From the human T2T-CHM13v2.0 reference genome, Homo sapiens, in NCBI RefSeq assembly GCF_009914755.1, contig NC_060931.1: a DNA stretch of 64,000 nucleotides; one strand, 5' to 3'. Shown in pieces: positions 12,109 to 25,675 of this stretch (position 1 is its first letter; each line of letters opens with the position of its first letter). The translations under genes were made by a program, and so were the position numbers. The notes under the pieces were generated by a model. That model was given only the letters and a program-made list of their open reading frames with translations, was not told the DNA's origin and ran no database searches.

Positions 12109-13992
12109 CGAGGTTCTGCTAGCGTGTGGTTTGGCAGCTGTCAAATCTTGTGCTAGAGCCGAGTCCTGACCATGGTGTGCCCTCCACGCATCGTCCAGCT
12201 CACCCATCCTCCCAGGAAGGCCACCCCTCTGCTGGGTGTCAGCATCACGGCACCTGGGTGGGTGAGCCGCTCACTGCCCCGCCCTACCCCAGCTGCCCTC
12301 TCTAGCCCCACTGTGCCACGTCCCCTTGGCAAGGCCACTGTCTGGAGTCTGGAACACAGAAAACCATTCCTGGACCCTCCGCACTGCCAAGTCTGTAAAA
12401 GAGCAGGCGCCTAGCCTCTCTCCTTGGAGGCTCAGGCCATGTCAATCTCTTCTACGTCTCCCTAGTGCCAAGATAATAAGGGGGAAAGTTTTTTTCTCCT
12501 CCTTCCAGAGTGCAGACCAATTAGCATTTTTTAAATTACCATTGGAGAAATACACCTAATTAGCCACTTTAAAGGAAAGCTTTAAAAAAAAAAGTCATAA
12601 ATTTCTAACTGGCCACAGCTTGGAGACACTTTTAAAGCTAATTGTGTGTTTCTGGCACTGACAGGGGAATTGGTGAAAGTAAGAGACCGATTTTATGACC
12701 TTGGTGGGAAAGGGGAGGGGAAGGCTGAATGACGTCCTTAGGCCAAGAAAGGGTTAATGTCTGTCTCCCGGAACCCCAGGCCCCTCCTGGCTCCTCCTCC
12801 CCTTCCTCACCCTCCCTCATCAGATCCCCACCTCTCCCCACCTTGAGCCCTGCCTTACCCCAGTCAGGGGTACCTGCCTTAGAAGAGGCAGACAGGAAGG
12901 CAGACAGGCAGGCAGGCAGACAGGGCCACACACTCAGCCAGAAAATCATACAAGGAGGAAGAAAAGGGCAGAGGACAAAGAGAGAGGAGAAGGACAGGGG
13001 AAACAGAGAAGAAAGAAACATTTGAGGAAACTGAGAGAAAGGAACCAAAGCCAAATTCCAGAAGGCTGTTTCTCATTTGTGCTTCCTATTAAACTCTCCA
13101 TCGAGGTGGGGGCGGGAGCTGGGGGCTCTGGCCTGCTCTTGAACATGGTGCCTCCCTCAGACAGTTCCAGTGGAGGCAGACAGGGGCTTCTGCAGCCCTC
13201 GGGCCTCCTGCCCAGGCTCCCTGACCCTGCTCAGTGGCCCCAACTCCCTGTCCCTGAAACTGAGAAAACTCTTCATAAAGTGCAGGCACAGGACTCTGGG
13301 GTGCCTCATTTAGGAGGAAGGTGGCACAGGGCAGTTTCTGGTTGCTCCCAGCCTCTGCCACTGCTGTGGATTCATTCCTGCCTCAGAAAAGGGGAAAGAG
13401 GGCCTCTCCCAGGGGGAGATCAGTGTACAACTGGAGGAGTGTCAAGAAGTGCGGCCAAGCAAGAGAAGATGCCCAGAGCAACTGCACAGGGCCTCCATCA
13501 TCCTGCAGAGCCCACCGCCATGGCTCATCAGCCCTTCAATGGCCCCCGGTGATGACCCAGTAGAGCGGCTAAGGTGATGGGGGTGGGGGTCCTCTCCCTC
13601 AGGAACACCCCTCCACTGGCTGGGTTGCCGGGCAGGAGTTAGGGTAGGAACAGGACAGTATAGATGTATTGTCTCCACCTCTGTCTGAGGCACACAGTGT
13701 GACCAGCGCTGTCATGTCTGCCCAACCCTAGCTCAGTGTCATGCCCACCTGACACTAGGTGTGGCCTCCCTGTTGGTTGAAGGGGCAGCAGCAGGTGTTT
13801 GCATTCTATACATGGAAACTTAGAGGCCCAGAAACACTGAGGCAAATTTGCTCTAGTAGCAGATTTAGTACCATCTAAAGTCCTGGGAGGCACATTCTTC
13901 ATTCACTGAGACCCTCCTTTCTATAGCTTAAGTGAGAGTCTGGAGAAATTACAGACAGTTTCAAAACATATAGTCTTCTGGAAAGCCCAGAA

Positions 13993-14202
13993 CATGCATT
14001 CTCAATGGGTACAAGAGTGCTCCCCAGAGGGTGAAAATTAGAGGGCAAAAGAAAAAAAAATCTTAGATATAATGATTTGTGGCCCTCCAAAGGTCAACAT
14101 TACTCAATAAATTCACATGTCGTCTCATTAAAGAGAATTTAAATTAAATTTAACTTGTCTCTAAGGGGGAAAAGGTGATTTTTAAAAAGCTGAGAAATGC
14201 TG
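13993..14202. mobile_element. hAT-Charlie MITE (MER105-like)
   Basis: Terminal repeats 'catgcattctcaa' and 'ctgagaaatgctg'; internal 'aaaatcttagatat...ttgtggccctccaaag'. Confidence 0.6.
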
Positions 14203-16656
14203 ACCTAGGGCAGTAGCCCCTAGAGTCCTAGAGTCCCACAGGCCAGAGCTGGATCCACTCACCTGTACCCCCTTGGGACCAAGCTCAGCATATGAAACAA
14301 GAAATGGGGCCCAGGAGGGGATTCTTCCCCAGAACTAGTCAGTGACTCCTACTGAAGACACTCACAAACTTTAAAAGTGGTGGGAGACTTGAGCAACCTA
14401 GCAGGGCAACTGGGTAAGACACTGCAATGCTGTCTCTTCTGCCAGGGCAGAGGGAAGAGCTTCTGGGAGACAAAAGACCTTGGGGCCTCTTCCTGCTCCT
14501 CACCCCAGACCTTAAAGCCTTCAGAGAAATGGCGCACTGGACGTCTGAGCTCCAGGAGGTTGACTGAGGGCAGGATTGGAGTGCAGGGCTGGAAGGATTC
14601 ATGACCTTAAAAACAGCCAGGGGAGCTGGGGTGCCCCAAGTAGAAGACTAGGGTCTACAGCGCCCCATCAGAGCCCCTCACACTCTTCCTTTTTTCCTCC
14701 CCTCTCTGGTTCCAGAGGCTGGGAAAGAGGGAAGAGAAATAACTACACAGCAGAATGGACAGGCCCCCACCCACCCAGTCATAAACTCATGGGTGACAAT
14801 TGTGGGGGCCCTCACCTCCACCCCTAAAAGAATTGAACCTGGGCTAGCTCCTCTAAGCGAGTAGTACAGCTTTCAGCCTAACAAGTATCCATCTTTACTG
14901 GCAGCTTCAGGGGCTGGTGGAAAGAGCTCTGGGGTCAGACCTGCTGGGCTTTGCACACCAGCAAGTCATGGTCTGACTGTCCCTGTGATCTTGGAGAGTC
15001 TGGTTCTTGGGAAGGGGCTCTGACTTACCCTATTCTCCTGCCCGATGCCTTCTCTAGAACCCATCATGCACTACGTGCTTCATACATGCTTGCAGAATCC
15101 AATGTGATCCTTCCTTTGCAAATGTTTTTGCAAAAGGAAAATGGAAGTGACCATCTCCCCGCCTCAGGGGGTTGTTGGGAATGTTAAAGAGATGGTGCGG
15201 ACATGCAGGGAGAACGTGTGCATAACAGGCAAGGTGGGCATCCCCTCCACATCCCCTCTCCTCTCCCCTTGCTAGAAAACCCATATGCTTCTGCAAAGCA
15301 GGTGAGACGAGGCATGGGGGAGGGGAGGACATCGGCACAGACAGGGAAACCAAGGGACACTGCAGGAAAGCCTCCAGGTGACATGGGAGGCCCCATGTAC
15401 CCCAAGTGCCCTGCATGAGCTGCCTTCTGCCTGCCCCCACCAGAGAACCCTGCAGTGAAGGGACAAATTCCTAATAGCGGGGACGTCCCAGGAGGGTCCC
15501 TTTCCTGGGGCTCTGGCCCAAAGAGCCAGCACCTTTGATGCTTTCCCAAAGATCTCATAGCAGGGACCCCATTCTACCCACTCAGGCTGAAATCAGTGGG
15601 AAGTCCCTATGCTCTCCCCATCTGGCTCTCCCTAGCTTTCTGGGGGTGATGGATGGCTCAAGAGTTGCAATTTTTGTTCTGTTAAGAAAGCACAAACAAT
15701 CCGATGCCAGGAGGCGAGGACCTTGCTCCCTGTTGGCGCCTGGTGCAATCCCCAGGGAGCTCTACCAGTGTCAGCAGAGAAAGGGAAAACAGCTGGGTCT
15801 CTAGGGCCCGAGAGCAGGCGGGAGATTTATTATTTTGGGGTGATTAAACCGAAGCTTCCAACACCTCAGTGAGTGTTTCCTTCTTGCTACCCCTGCTACT
15901 CAGACACAGGAACCGTATGGGGCAGCCTGGCTCCCGGTGGTCCCCTCTGTCCCGGTCCTTGAGACCACTGCCAAGACACTGCCTCCATCAGACGGCCAAG
16001 CTCTGGCCAGCCTCCAGGTCCTCGCCTACCTCCCACTCCATTCCCTGTCTGCAATTGTTTCCAATCAGTTTAGGAAACAGCTCTGAGAACAATTAGAAAA
16101 GATAACGAGGAAGAATTACATAATTACAGTTCTCCTAGATCTCAGGCACTTCAGGGGAAAAGAAAAAGGCTGAACTGAGTCCAAACAGGGACCAATGTGA
16201 GGAAAAGATGGTACTTCTGGAAAGCTTTCGGGGTGCAAGGGCTTAGACCCTGAAGGAGAGTGGGAAGGACAAAGGCACTCCTATGTCTGCCTGCTGGTCA
16301 GCTGGGGGCTGCCTCCAGCTCAGGGCCTCAAAGGACGGCTCAGAAAGTCCTCATGCAATGCAGACCTCTCTGTGGAATAGCCATGTAGACTACAGAACCA
16401 CGTCCCCCTTCAAGATCATGCAGCCCAAACTTCTCATTGTCAAGATGAGAAAGACCAAGAGAGAAAAGGTCTTGCCCCAAGCCAACAGAACTCAGGACTC
16501 CAAGCCCCAGGCCAACACTTTGTCCATGTGCAGGCTCCTTAACTTCTGTCTTTGGTCCCTGGGTTACAATTCACTGGTCCCACCCACTGGACAGCTGGGA
16601 AATTCTACCTTCTTGACCAAAATGGATGGGTATAGGAAGAACTTTGCCCTCTAGAG

Positions 16657-16987
16657 TAAAGATGGGCAAACTTTTCCCAGGAAGGGTCAGATAAATAGTT
16701 TAAGTTTTATGGGCCATGCAATCTCTGTAGCAACAACTCAACTTTGCCATCACACCACGAAAGCAGGCACAGACAATATATAAACAGGTAAGCATGGCTG
16801 TGTTCTAGCAAAACTGTATTTGCAGACACTGTAACTTGAATTTCATATTATTTTCACATGCCATGATATATTGTTCTTTTGATTTTTTTCAACCATTTCA
16901 AAACATAAAAATCATTCTTCACTTGTGAGCTATAAAAACAAGTGGCAAACAAGATCCAGTCCATGGGTTGGAGTTTGCCGACTGTTG
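16657..16987 (+). mobile_element. MER58B (hAT-Charlie)
   Basis: Similar to the copy at 6984; 8-bp TSD-like ctctagag (16649-16656) and ctctagga (16988-16995). Confidence 0.85.
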
Positions 16988-17452
16988 CTCTAGGATGTTG
17001 CTAGAAGACTTTGTGCTTCTCTGATTATTCCACACCCAGAGTTTAACCATTCCTTGACTCCATAAACCCAGCATGGTATTTAGAACAAGGCTTGATGGTC
17101 AGTCTTTTCTAGGTCACATTGCCGTGGTAGGCCAGGCTATTACCAACTATGCAAGCCCTCAGGAAATCATCCTACGAGGTTTACTCAAGACACCTCTGAC
17201 GTCTGTGAGAACCCAGTCCCCAGGAGCAGAGTGGGCAGCTGGATGACAGCTTTCCCTAGATGGGCAAACAATCCCTCCCCAGAAGAATATGGAAGAGGAA
17301 TTGCGTCTCAATCTGCCCCTCTCTATGCAGAGGGTATTTGTGGCATATGAGGTAATAAGAGACCAACATCCTGAGTTTCTATGCAGCACAACCTAACTTA
17401 CCACTGTCTTCTCCTACTGCCTCTCCGTTTAGCAACAGGGAGTACCAAGTAT

Positions 17453-18160
17453 CTTCATTCATTCAAAACCAGCATATTGAGTGAATGCCTATTCTGGCAT
17501 CATGCCAGAGGAAAATCAGGCACAGGATATCAGACACATACAGACATCAAGTCTCTATGCGGTTAGTACCCTGACAGCAGGGACATTATTCCTCTTCTGC
17601 ACCCAGCACCCAGCACCGCATGAGGCACACAGGAGAAGCTCAGGAAATGCTGAGTGAATTAGTAAATCAATGTGCAAGATGGAAATGGTTAAGTAGCACA
17701 AGGCAGATCAAATCCTATGCAAGCAGAGAGGAGGGAGAATTAGGTCCAGCTGAGGAAGCCAAGAAAGGGCCAATGACAGAGGGGGCAGTTGAGCTAAGCC
17801 TGACAAGATGAGTCGGATTAGGGTATGCACAGTTGGGGCACAGAGAAAGAGGAGAGAAAAATTCCAGCCAGAAAGAACAACTAGCAAGGCATGATGGTGT
17901 CTATAAGAACATGCATAGCTGAGGTTGCAGTCTTCATGCCTCTTGAGGAGTAATAGCTTGAGTGCTAACAACCCAGAGTTAAGCTGTTTCTAGATTGTTG
18001 AGGGCCAAGAAAGTCAGGCAAAAGAGTTTAAACATCTGTAGGTGGTAGGAGGCATTGAATCTTCTGAGCAAAGATGGTTGGGTGGCAATGAGATTAGGAA
18101 AGTGAACATGGTGGCAGAGTACATAAGGACTGGATAAGCAAGGAGTCTCTTTAAAGAAAC
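17453..18160 (-). mobile_element. L2 fragment (minus) containing a plus-strand L2 3' end at about 17565-17690
   Basis: 'ttcattcattcaaaaccagcatattgagtgaatgcct' is a reversed L2 terminus and continues as purine-rich L2 body; inner 'agcagggacatt...cccagcacccagcac...gcacacaggag..gctcaggaaatg' is a forward L2 end. Confidence 0.6.
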
Positions 18161-18264
18161 CCTAAACTAGGACAGGAGCAGCAGCCTCGGCCACACCGCT
18201 GGGTGAAGCGGAAGAGTGGCTGTGGGCCAGCGGGAGGAGGTGGGACTTGTAAAGTGATTCATGG

Positions 18265-18495
18265 TTATGAGTGTAGACCCGGGAATCAGATAAACTGGGC
18301 TCAAGTCCAACTCCAGCACTTACTCCCTGTAAATGATCAGTCCTTTCTAGAACCCAGTTTCCCTATCTGTAAAACCGAGGCAATAAAATGGAGTCATCAT
18401 CTCACAGGGTCCATGTGAAGCTGAGATGTGGTTAAACATGTGAAGTGCTTACCCTCGTGCCCTGCATGGAGCAGATTCTCAATAGAAATTTGCTA
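18265..18495 (+). mobile_element. MIR SINE
   Basis: 'ctgggctcaagtccaactccagcacttact...cagtttccctatctgtaaaac...catgtgaagtgctt...gtgccctgcat'. Confidence 0.8.
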
Positions 18496-21400
18496 ATCTT
18501 GGTCAAATTCTGTCCATTGGCCAGGAGTCCCAGTCAGGCCAGAGAAGCTTGTTTTTGCCAGAGAGGTGGAAGGGTAGTTGACCACAGTCCACAATCACTC
18601 CCCACCTCCCCTCTCCCCCTCCCAATCCTGGGTGGTAAGGCACACACCACATCCTCAGGAAGCTGACATACACCCTCCTCGTCACTCCTCAGCCAGCTAG
18701 TGAAAACCAACAACCAGAAATGTGCAGTCCCATGTGGGGACCTTTGTCAGGCAAGTCAATGTGCTCAACAGAAAACTCATAGCCCCAACACTGTGAGAGG
18801 GAAGGAGGAAGGGAGGGGGAAGACGTGACTCAGAAGTTAAATGCCTTCTTTCTTAGAACACAGGAGTGTCACAGCATTCAAGCCAAGACCTCTGACCTGC
18901 AAGACATCTGACCTGCAAGAGGGCTCACTTTTGGGAACCCTCATGCTCACGATTTAGGCCTCTGACCTGCTAGGAACATGATCAGCATCTTGGCAGAGAG
19001 AGCACAGGCCCTGCATCCAGGCAGCCATGAGCTCTGGTCTTGGCCTCAGCGCTCCCTGGCCATGTGACTACGTAAATAAGGACATCAGTTAAATAAGGGT
19101 ACGTGAGATAATGTGTGTTCAGCACAGACCGTAGCCCAGTGCTACAGAGGAATCTGGAATTTGGAGACACGGTTGCTCACACCTGAGACGAGGATAGGAC
19201 CTCGCCTCTCATAATCAATGCCTGCCTGAGACCTTGGTTTCTGCTTAGGTGGAAGTGGTTTTAACCAGGCTCAGACCCTCCTCATACTGCCTACTGGTGG
19301 CCTCTGTCATGAGCTCTCCCCCACACCTTTTTAGATGGCTCCTCTGTCTTCCTTTGCGTGGAGGTTCTGTGTTTCTCCACAATAGTAGTCTCTTCTCTTC
19401 CCTGGTCCAATTACAGCCCACCCTCCTCACTCCAAGAAGCTGGGTATCCCATCCCTGCATCTAACGGGGTACCAGAACTGGTGACGGACGACTCACCAGT
19501 CACTCGTGGCATTCTCTAAGAAGCCTTTAGTTAGTCCTCTCTGCAACTCCCTTCGAATCCCGTTTATGAGTGACCAGTCTCCCAAAAGCAAGAATGCCAG
19601 TCCAAGAAAGCAGGAATGGGGATTTGAGAAAAAGAAGAAAATAAATGTGTTTCTGTGCTCAGGGAAGCTCTCCACACAACACAGCTCAACTTCCTACTCC
19701 TGCATTGCCATCTGGTTGCTACTGGCAACCAGGCAATCATATTTTTCTAGTCCCAGATATAATCATCATAATCAATATAGGGTATTTATCCCACTCCTTG
19801 GTTCCAAGGAACTCAAAGATTTTCACATCTATTATTCTTCCTTCACTAACGTGAGGGAGAGAAGGGGAGGAGGTCTGCTTGTTGATGGGGTGTGGGGAAG
19901 GACTATTTCACAGATGGAAAAACTGAGGGAATGGGTAAGAAGGAGGCTGTGGGAACATCTCTTAAGAAAACAGTATTGCTAAAAGCAGTTTGCATTTGGA
20001 TAGTGCGTTCACTTTTGAATAAAAGTGAAAAAAATCTCATCTAATTTTTACAACATCCCTCTAAAGTAGGTTCATTTATCGTATAGACAAAGCCCCCAAA
20101 AGTAAAGGATCTTTCCAGAAACACACCACTAGAAATGACATTGCCTAAACTCCTAGGCCTTTCGAGTCCCTTTTAGCATTTTTTTCCCGCAGCATCTCTG
20201 CAAACAAGTACAGTACATTGTTGGAGCTATCATGTCTCTTGTATGCATTACCACCCCACCATTGTAAGTGTTTCTCATTATACTTACATTGTGCATTACA
20301 GTGGCTCTTACACATAGGAGGTTTCTGTCTAGTTCCGGTTGATACACACACCAAATGGGCAACAGGGCCAACAAAAATGACTAGACTAAAGCACTTGACT
20401 GCGTTGGAAAACTTAGGAGCCATATTTAATTTCCTAAATTCTATAAATGTTCCTTTACTAGAGTAAAACTTGGGGGGAAAAATCAATAGTTTTGACTCTG
20501 AGATCACTCACCGCTTTTGACAACTCTGTGATGTTACCTTTTCCTACAGCCACTGGTTTGATGTCACCTTTTGTCACAGTAACAAAGCAATACCAAAAAC
20601 ATGCTTTGGGGGTCCCTGAAGTGGACAGGAAGCCTTCTACCCTACATACCCAGCAAAGGCTTCAGTGCCACCCTTGCTCATTAGTGCCAAACACAGGTGG
20701 CTGGAGGTAAAAAGACACTCAATGAAACACAACTGCAAGAGAAAACATGTGGCCACGGCCACAGCAGAACTGTTCTAAGATAGGGCGTCTTTCTGAGGTT
20801 TGTGCTCAGCATTCATTTCCCTTTGGAGACAGTAGAAACACCACTGAAAGGAAGAGAGTAGCTGGCTTGTGCATGAAGCTTCCTCTCTGTTCTCAGAAAA
20901 GAGAACCAGCTGGACACCATCTTATCTTTTATCATTTCCTACTTAGAGAGCTGCACAATTTACCCCTTAGAAGGAGAGGCCCCAAACAGAAGACCTGACC
21001 TGTGATACCTGTGATATCCGCGACCTCCTGAGCAAGGAGATAAAAGGACTCAGGTCAGCCCTGACTTCCTAACCTCATCTGGCACCTCTTCGGATTCTAG
21101 AAAGAATCACCATATTGGAAAATTCCCTCCATACCCTCATTCCATTCAGTTGAGTAGGCAGAGGGGGGAAATTAGAAACAAAAGTGCCTGACATGCTAAC
21201 ACCAGGCTAAGGATTCACAGAAGGAAAAGTTGATGATCCCAGTCCCTAGAGATGGATGAACCAGTGTCAGCCCATCAATGAAAGCATGTTCAGCACCTAC
21301 TAGGTGCCATTACTATGCAACTATTCCAAGCTGGGTCTTGAAACCAGGCTGGTCTGCCCACCACTGCGCAGCCTTGCCTGACTCCAAGGACGCTTCCCGC

Positions 21401-24400
21401 CTTTGGTTGCCCTTCCTTTCCGTTCCTATTTCCTCAGTTTCTGACACTTTGCTTTTGTCTCTCCTTCTCTCTCCCCAGTGCCCTCACTGGCATCAGATTT
21501 GGCACTCCGGTGCTGGCTTTCCAAGCTCTCTTTTGGCCACAGTGTGCACCCAGCTCCCGGTTCCATGGTTTTCTGGCCACCGTAGTGTACCCACATTGCT
21601 GTCCCTGGGGCCCAGCTCACCTTATCCATCTTGGTTGGCATCTCTGCCATGCCTGTCCCAGCTGCCCAGGGTGGGAGGCAAGGAGGGCAGAGAGGTAGGT
21701 GAACACTCTGTGCATGCTATCCTGTCTCTCCCTGATGTTTAGCAAAATTCAGACTTAGAAGTTCAGATTCCCTCAAGACACAAACCAGTTTGTGGCTTTT
21801 CTTAAGTCATGCTGTTTCAAGTCTATCTTAAAGTAGATTCCTGACTACAACTATTGCTTTCTTTGTATAATACTTGCTTCTTTCCAAGGAGCTTGCCATC
21901 TGCTATCTCTTTTTAGCCACATAACATCTTTGGGATGAAACGTAGTCAGATGAAAGAACATGAACCCCATCTTGCCTCATTTGGGGACACCAAGGCACAC
22001 AGACCATGAATGATGTTATCCTAAGTGTGGAACGGTGAGCTCCACTTTGCTCTGACCACCTTCAGCTGCATAAGCTGGCACAGCCTTGACGGGTACAGAT
22101 GTAGAGAGTTAGAGGATTAGTCTCTTGTGTGGATGAAACACTAGCCTTGCCAGGGATTTACCAAAGTCCCCACTCTAATTTTTCACCCAGGATGAGGAAC
22201 CCAAGTCCAGAGGCTCAACACCTCTTTCCAGGTCTCTGCTCTGGGGCCACCCTGGGAAGAGACACAGGGCTGAGATCCAAGTTCCCAGTCTGTTCCATCT
22301 CTCCCCAGCCCTTCTTTATGCATAAAGGACACTTGTTGGGGAGTCAGTCTGCGCTTCTGGCATCTGGACACATCAGCCTATATCTCTAGGACTCGAGCAG
22401 GAAGTATGTTTGCCTCGCCTCGGGCTTCCTGGCCACACAGACCCACGTCCTCATTTAGAATGGTGGCATCATGGAGCCGGCTGAGATCTGCAGTCTTCAG
22501 TGTCAGCTGCGGGTCCACAAACTCCTACTGAACACGTACCCATAGCCCCAGGGGAAAAAACAAGGGAGGAAAGAAAATAACCAAGGTGGGGAGGGGGGAG
22601 AGATTCTGGAATCTAGACAACATCAAGAGCCCTGTTTCCATGACAACCACTACTTAATACAGTTGCTCAGACTGCAGCCTGTTCTAATCGGCCCCGTGGA
22701 TGGAGCCTGCAGACCCAGAAATGGCCTCCAGCCACGGGGCTCCCAAGCAGCCTGGAGGACCACCACCATCCTCCAACCACCCCAATCTCCTACAAAGAGA
22801 ACAGAGGGCAAAGGAGGGGTGAGGCTCACAGGGGAGGTGAGAAAGAACAATGAGGAGTGTTGAAGAAAGTGGAAAGTGAAAGGAAGGAGTCAGAGATACA
22901 GCCGGACATCCGGGGGGTTGTCTGTGGATGTTTGCTGGGGCCACCTGTGTTCGGCAACACTTGTCTTTGTGTTGGTGAGCCTGTGAGCACCCATGAGACG
23001 CATGACAGGCTGTAGCCAGCGTGAGTGTGACCATCCACAGCACGTCCACTGAGCCCATCTCCCTTCCCCTTCCTACACATTGGAGTACCCGCTTCCTCTC
23101 TTCTCTCTTCCCCTACAAAGCTCTAAGCTTTGTAGTCCAAGGATAAACCCTGTGAGGCAAAGGCCAGGGTCAGCAGCCAGCCAGTAGGTACCAGCAGCTT
23201 CCAACAATTTCTCAGCAAATTGTTGGGATAGAAAGAACAATTGTACTAATATTCTCTAAATTAGAGGTTTCTGGCTTAGGGGCACCCCCGAACCCTGCTC
23301 CTCACAGACTTCTCCAGTTCCCAGAAAATGATGGGTGACTTCTAGGTTTTCTTCCAATCCACATATGAGACCTCAGAGGCTGGCAACTTGTCAAAGTCAC
23401 CTGCTGGGTCAGGTGTCAGCCTGGAGACTCTGTCCCTGGAAAGCCACACATCTCCCTGCATACTCCAGGCTGCACTCTCCTTCTTCCTGTATTCATCTGG
23501 CAATCACCCAAACACGCTGCAAATCAGATGACATATGACATGCTGCACACTCCGTCCAACTCTGAAGGGAGTCCGTCTATGGGGACAATGGGTCTGGTTT
23601 ATATTTTAAGCAGCTAGAGTGAAAAACGGGGAGTGATGAGGTAAGGCCATGGCAACGAACACCATGCCACTATCCAGGATAATTACTTCGCCCAGCCATC
23701 CTGGAGCCAGGCGGCGGAAGCCTTGCCCCATAGATTATGAGCAATGAGACAGGGCCAGCCAGCTTAGGAATTCCCTTCCTCCACCTGCACCTTCACTGCA
23801 AATGGAAACACAGCAGAAGGAACCAATGCAGTGGGAGATCCCAATCAAAGCAAGATGACCTGTCCCTCAATTTCCAATCGTTGGAGAAATGCAAAGAAAA
23901 GTCCCTATGCATACCCCTCCTCCAAGTTGCTACATGGAAAATCAGAGCTCTGAATTTCGGTGATGGCTGCTGAGCCAAGAGACAAGGAAGACCCAAAATC
24001 AGCATAGGACAGAGATAGTGAAAAGGTCAGTGAGCGAGAGAGAGGAAAGGAGAAGCTGAAAGATGTTTGCCGCAAGCTAGGAATGACCTATTAAAATCCC
24101 CAGCCACTCCCTCAAGCTGGGATGCGGTCCCTGTTGGTGGCTTCACAGCTGCTATACCCCACTCAATGCAGGCTGCTTCAGGGCTCCAGGACACTTGTAC
24201 TATTGGCCAGCTCAGATGCCACCCCTGCAGGAGCATGTGGAACCATCTGACTTGGATATGACTGGGCTTTCCTGCTGCAATGCCCTACAGATGCTCCATC
24301 GCCATATACACATGCCTTGCTCAGGGATCATGCCCATGTTGACCTTGGCCCCAAAACACGGATGGGAAGGAGCATGCCCAGGGAGCAGCCTTATATTTTC

Positions 24401-25469
24401 TTTTCCTTTGTTCCCTGAGTCCTCAGATGAAAATGGCTATAAGCTGATGCTCTGGAGAAGAGAATCCAATTCAGTGGCCACACCAACTAATACAGGGCAT
24501 CCACTTTGCTCTTCAAAGACAATCAGAAGTGCAATAGTCAGAACATGGCGCATAGGAAGATCCTGAAAAGTCCAGGCCTGTGCCAGCTGCCTCCCTTCGT
24601 GGTCCTAAGTGCAACCCCTTAAAGTATCCAAAGAAATTGACTCCTGAGGGGCAGAAATCTAGCAAGGAGGGATGTGACCACACGTGTGTGTGCATGTTTG
24701 CATGCAAGCACGTGCACAGACACACACATTCTTACAAATGAAACTGCAATCACTGGTGATGTGTGGGTGTATGTGTGAGAGTTAGGGGGTTGTGCATGTG
24801 ACTATGTGAAGCTCGGGATCACAAATGGAAGGAGAGCTGCATCTGAGGAAAAAAAAGAAAAAAAAAAAAAACAGAAAAAGCCACCAGCCCTGTACCCTCC
24901 GCACCAAGAGATCCTTAGCTTGTTGCACTCTCATTGGCCTCTTCAGCCTCTCCTATTTTCAGTGAAACTCTCCTTTGTTTCTCCCACCCCAGGTTGGCCC
25001 CAGACCACTAAATACACACCACCTGAAGATACAGCAAAACCCAGAAGTGGTGACCACAGCAACATGAGTACACACACTGCAGACTGTCAGCAGCAGGAGG
25101 GCCATGTGATCGCAGAGGGCAGCCTGACAAGCCCATGTGATTCCCTCCACATTAAGTGGAAAACACTGTCTCCACTGAGAAAGAGAGGTGAAGAGGTGGG
25201 AGGAGTGAAAAGTGAAATTAACTTGAGCCAAGATTACGCCCATGGGTTCTGTGGAGGCCAGGCCGGAAGGAAAGTCAAGAGGAGGGGCAGGAACTGCATC
25301 CAGCGTGTGGTTGTGTACGGTTGTGGTTCTGGGAGGATGGAGCTTTTGAGAAGTGTGTCTCTGGTACACCCTATGCAGGAAAACCTCAGCACGACTTACA
25401 GGTGTATAAGCATGTGTGTGGGTTTGCACGCAGCATGCCAAAAGCATATTTATAAATTGGGTTAAAGGT

Positions 25470-25675
25470 TGGTTAGGACCACAGATTCTGGTTAAAATAC
25501 CAGCTTTAGAGTATATGACCACTTAGAGCTTCAGTGTCCTCATCTATGAGGTGTAGATAACAGTAAGTAACTATCATAGGGTTGCTTTGATGACATAATC
25601 CATGATAAAGCACGGGACATAGGGCCTGGCATGTAGTAAGTGCTCAATAAATACTAATTTGGTTTATTATTATTT
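25470..25675 (+). mobile_element. MIR SINE
   Basis: 'cttcagtgtcctcatctatgag...tcatagggttgct...gcctggcatgtagtaagtgctcaataaata'. Confidence 0.85.

Noticed and set aside
13022-13552. 176-aa ORF and overlapping ORFs
   Set aside because: Non-ATG start in GC-rich, stop-poor sequence; low-complexity P/G/S/Q content; no exon structure I can support.
21289-21308. TTCAGCACC as a REST/RE1 site
   Set aside because: Left half only; the GGACAG right half is absent.
24806-25465. Longest ORF (219 aa) and its antisense partner (187 aa)
   Set aside because: GTG start, the lysine run comes from a poly(A) tract, there is no recognisable domain, and open frames on both strands suggest chance.
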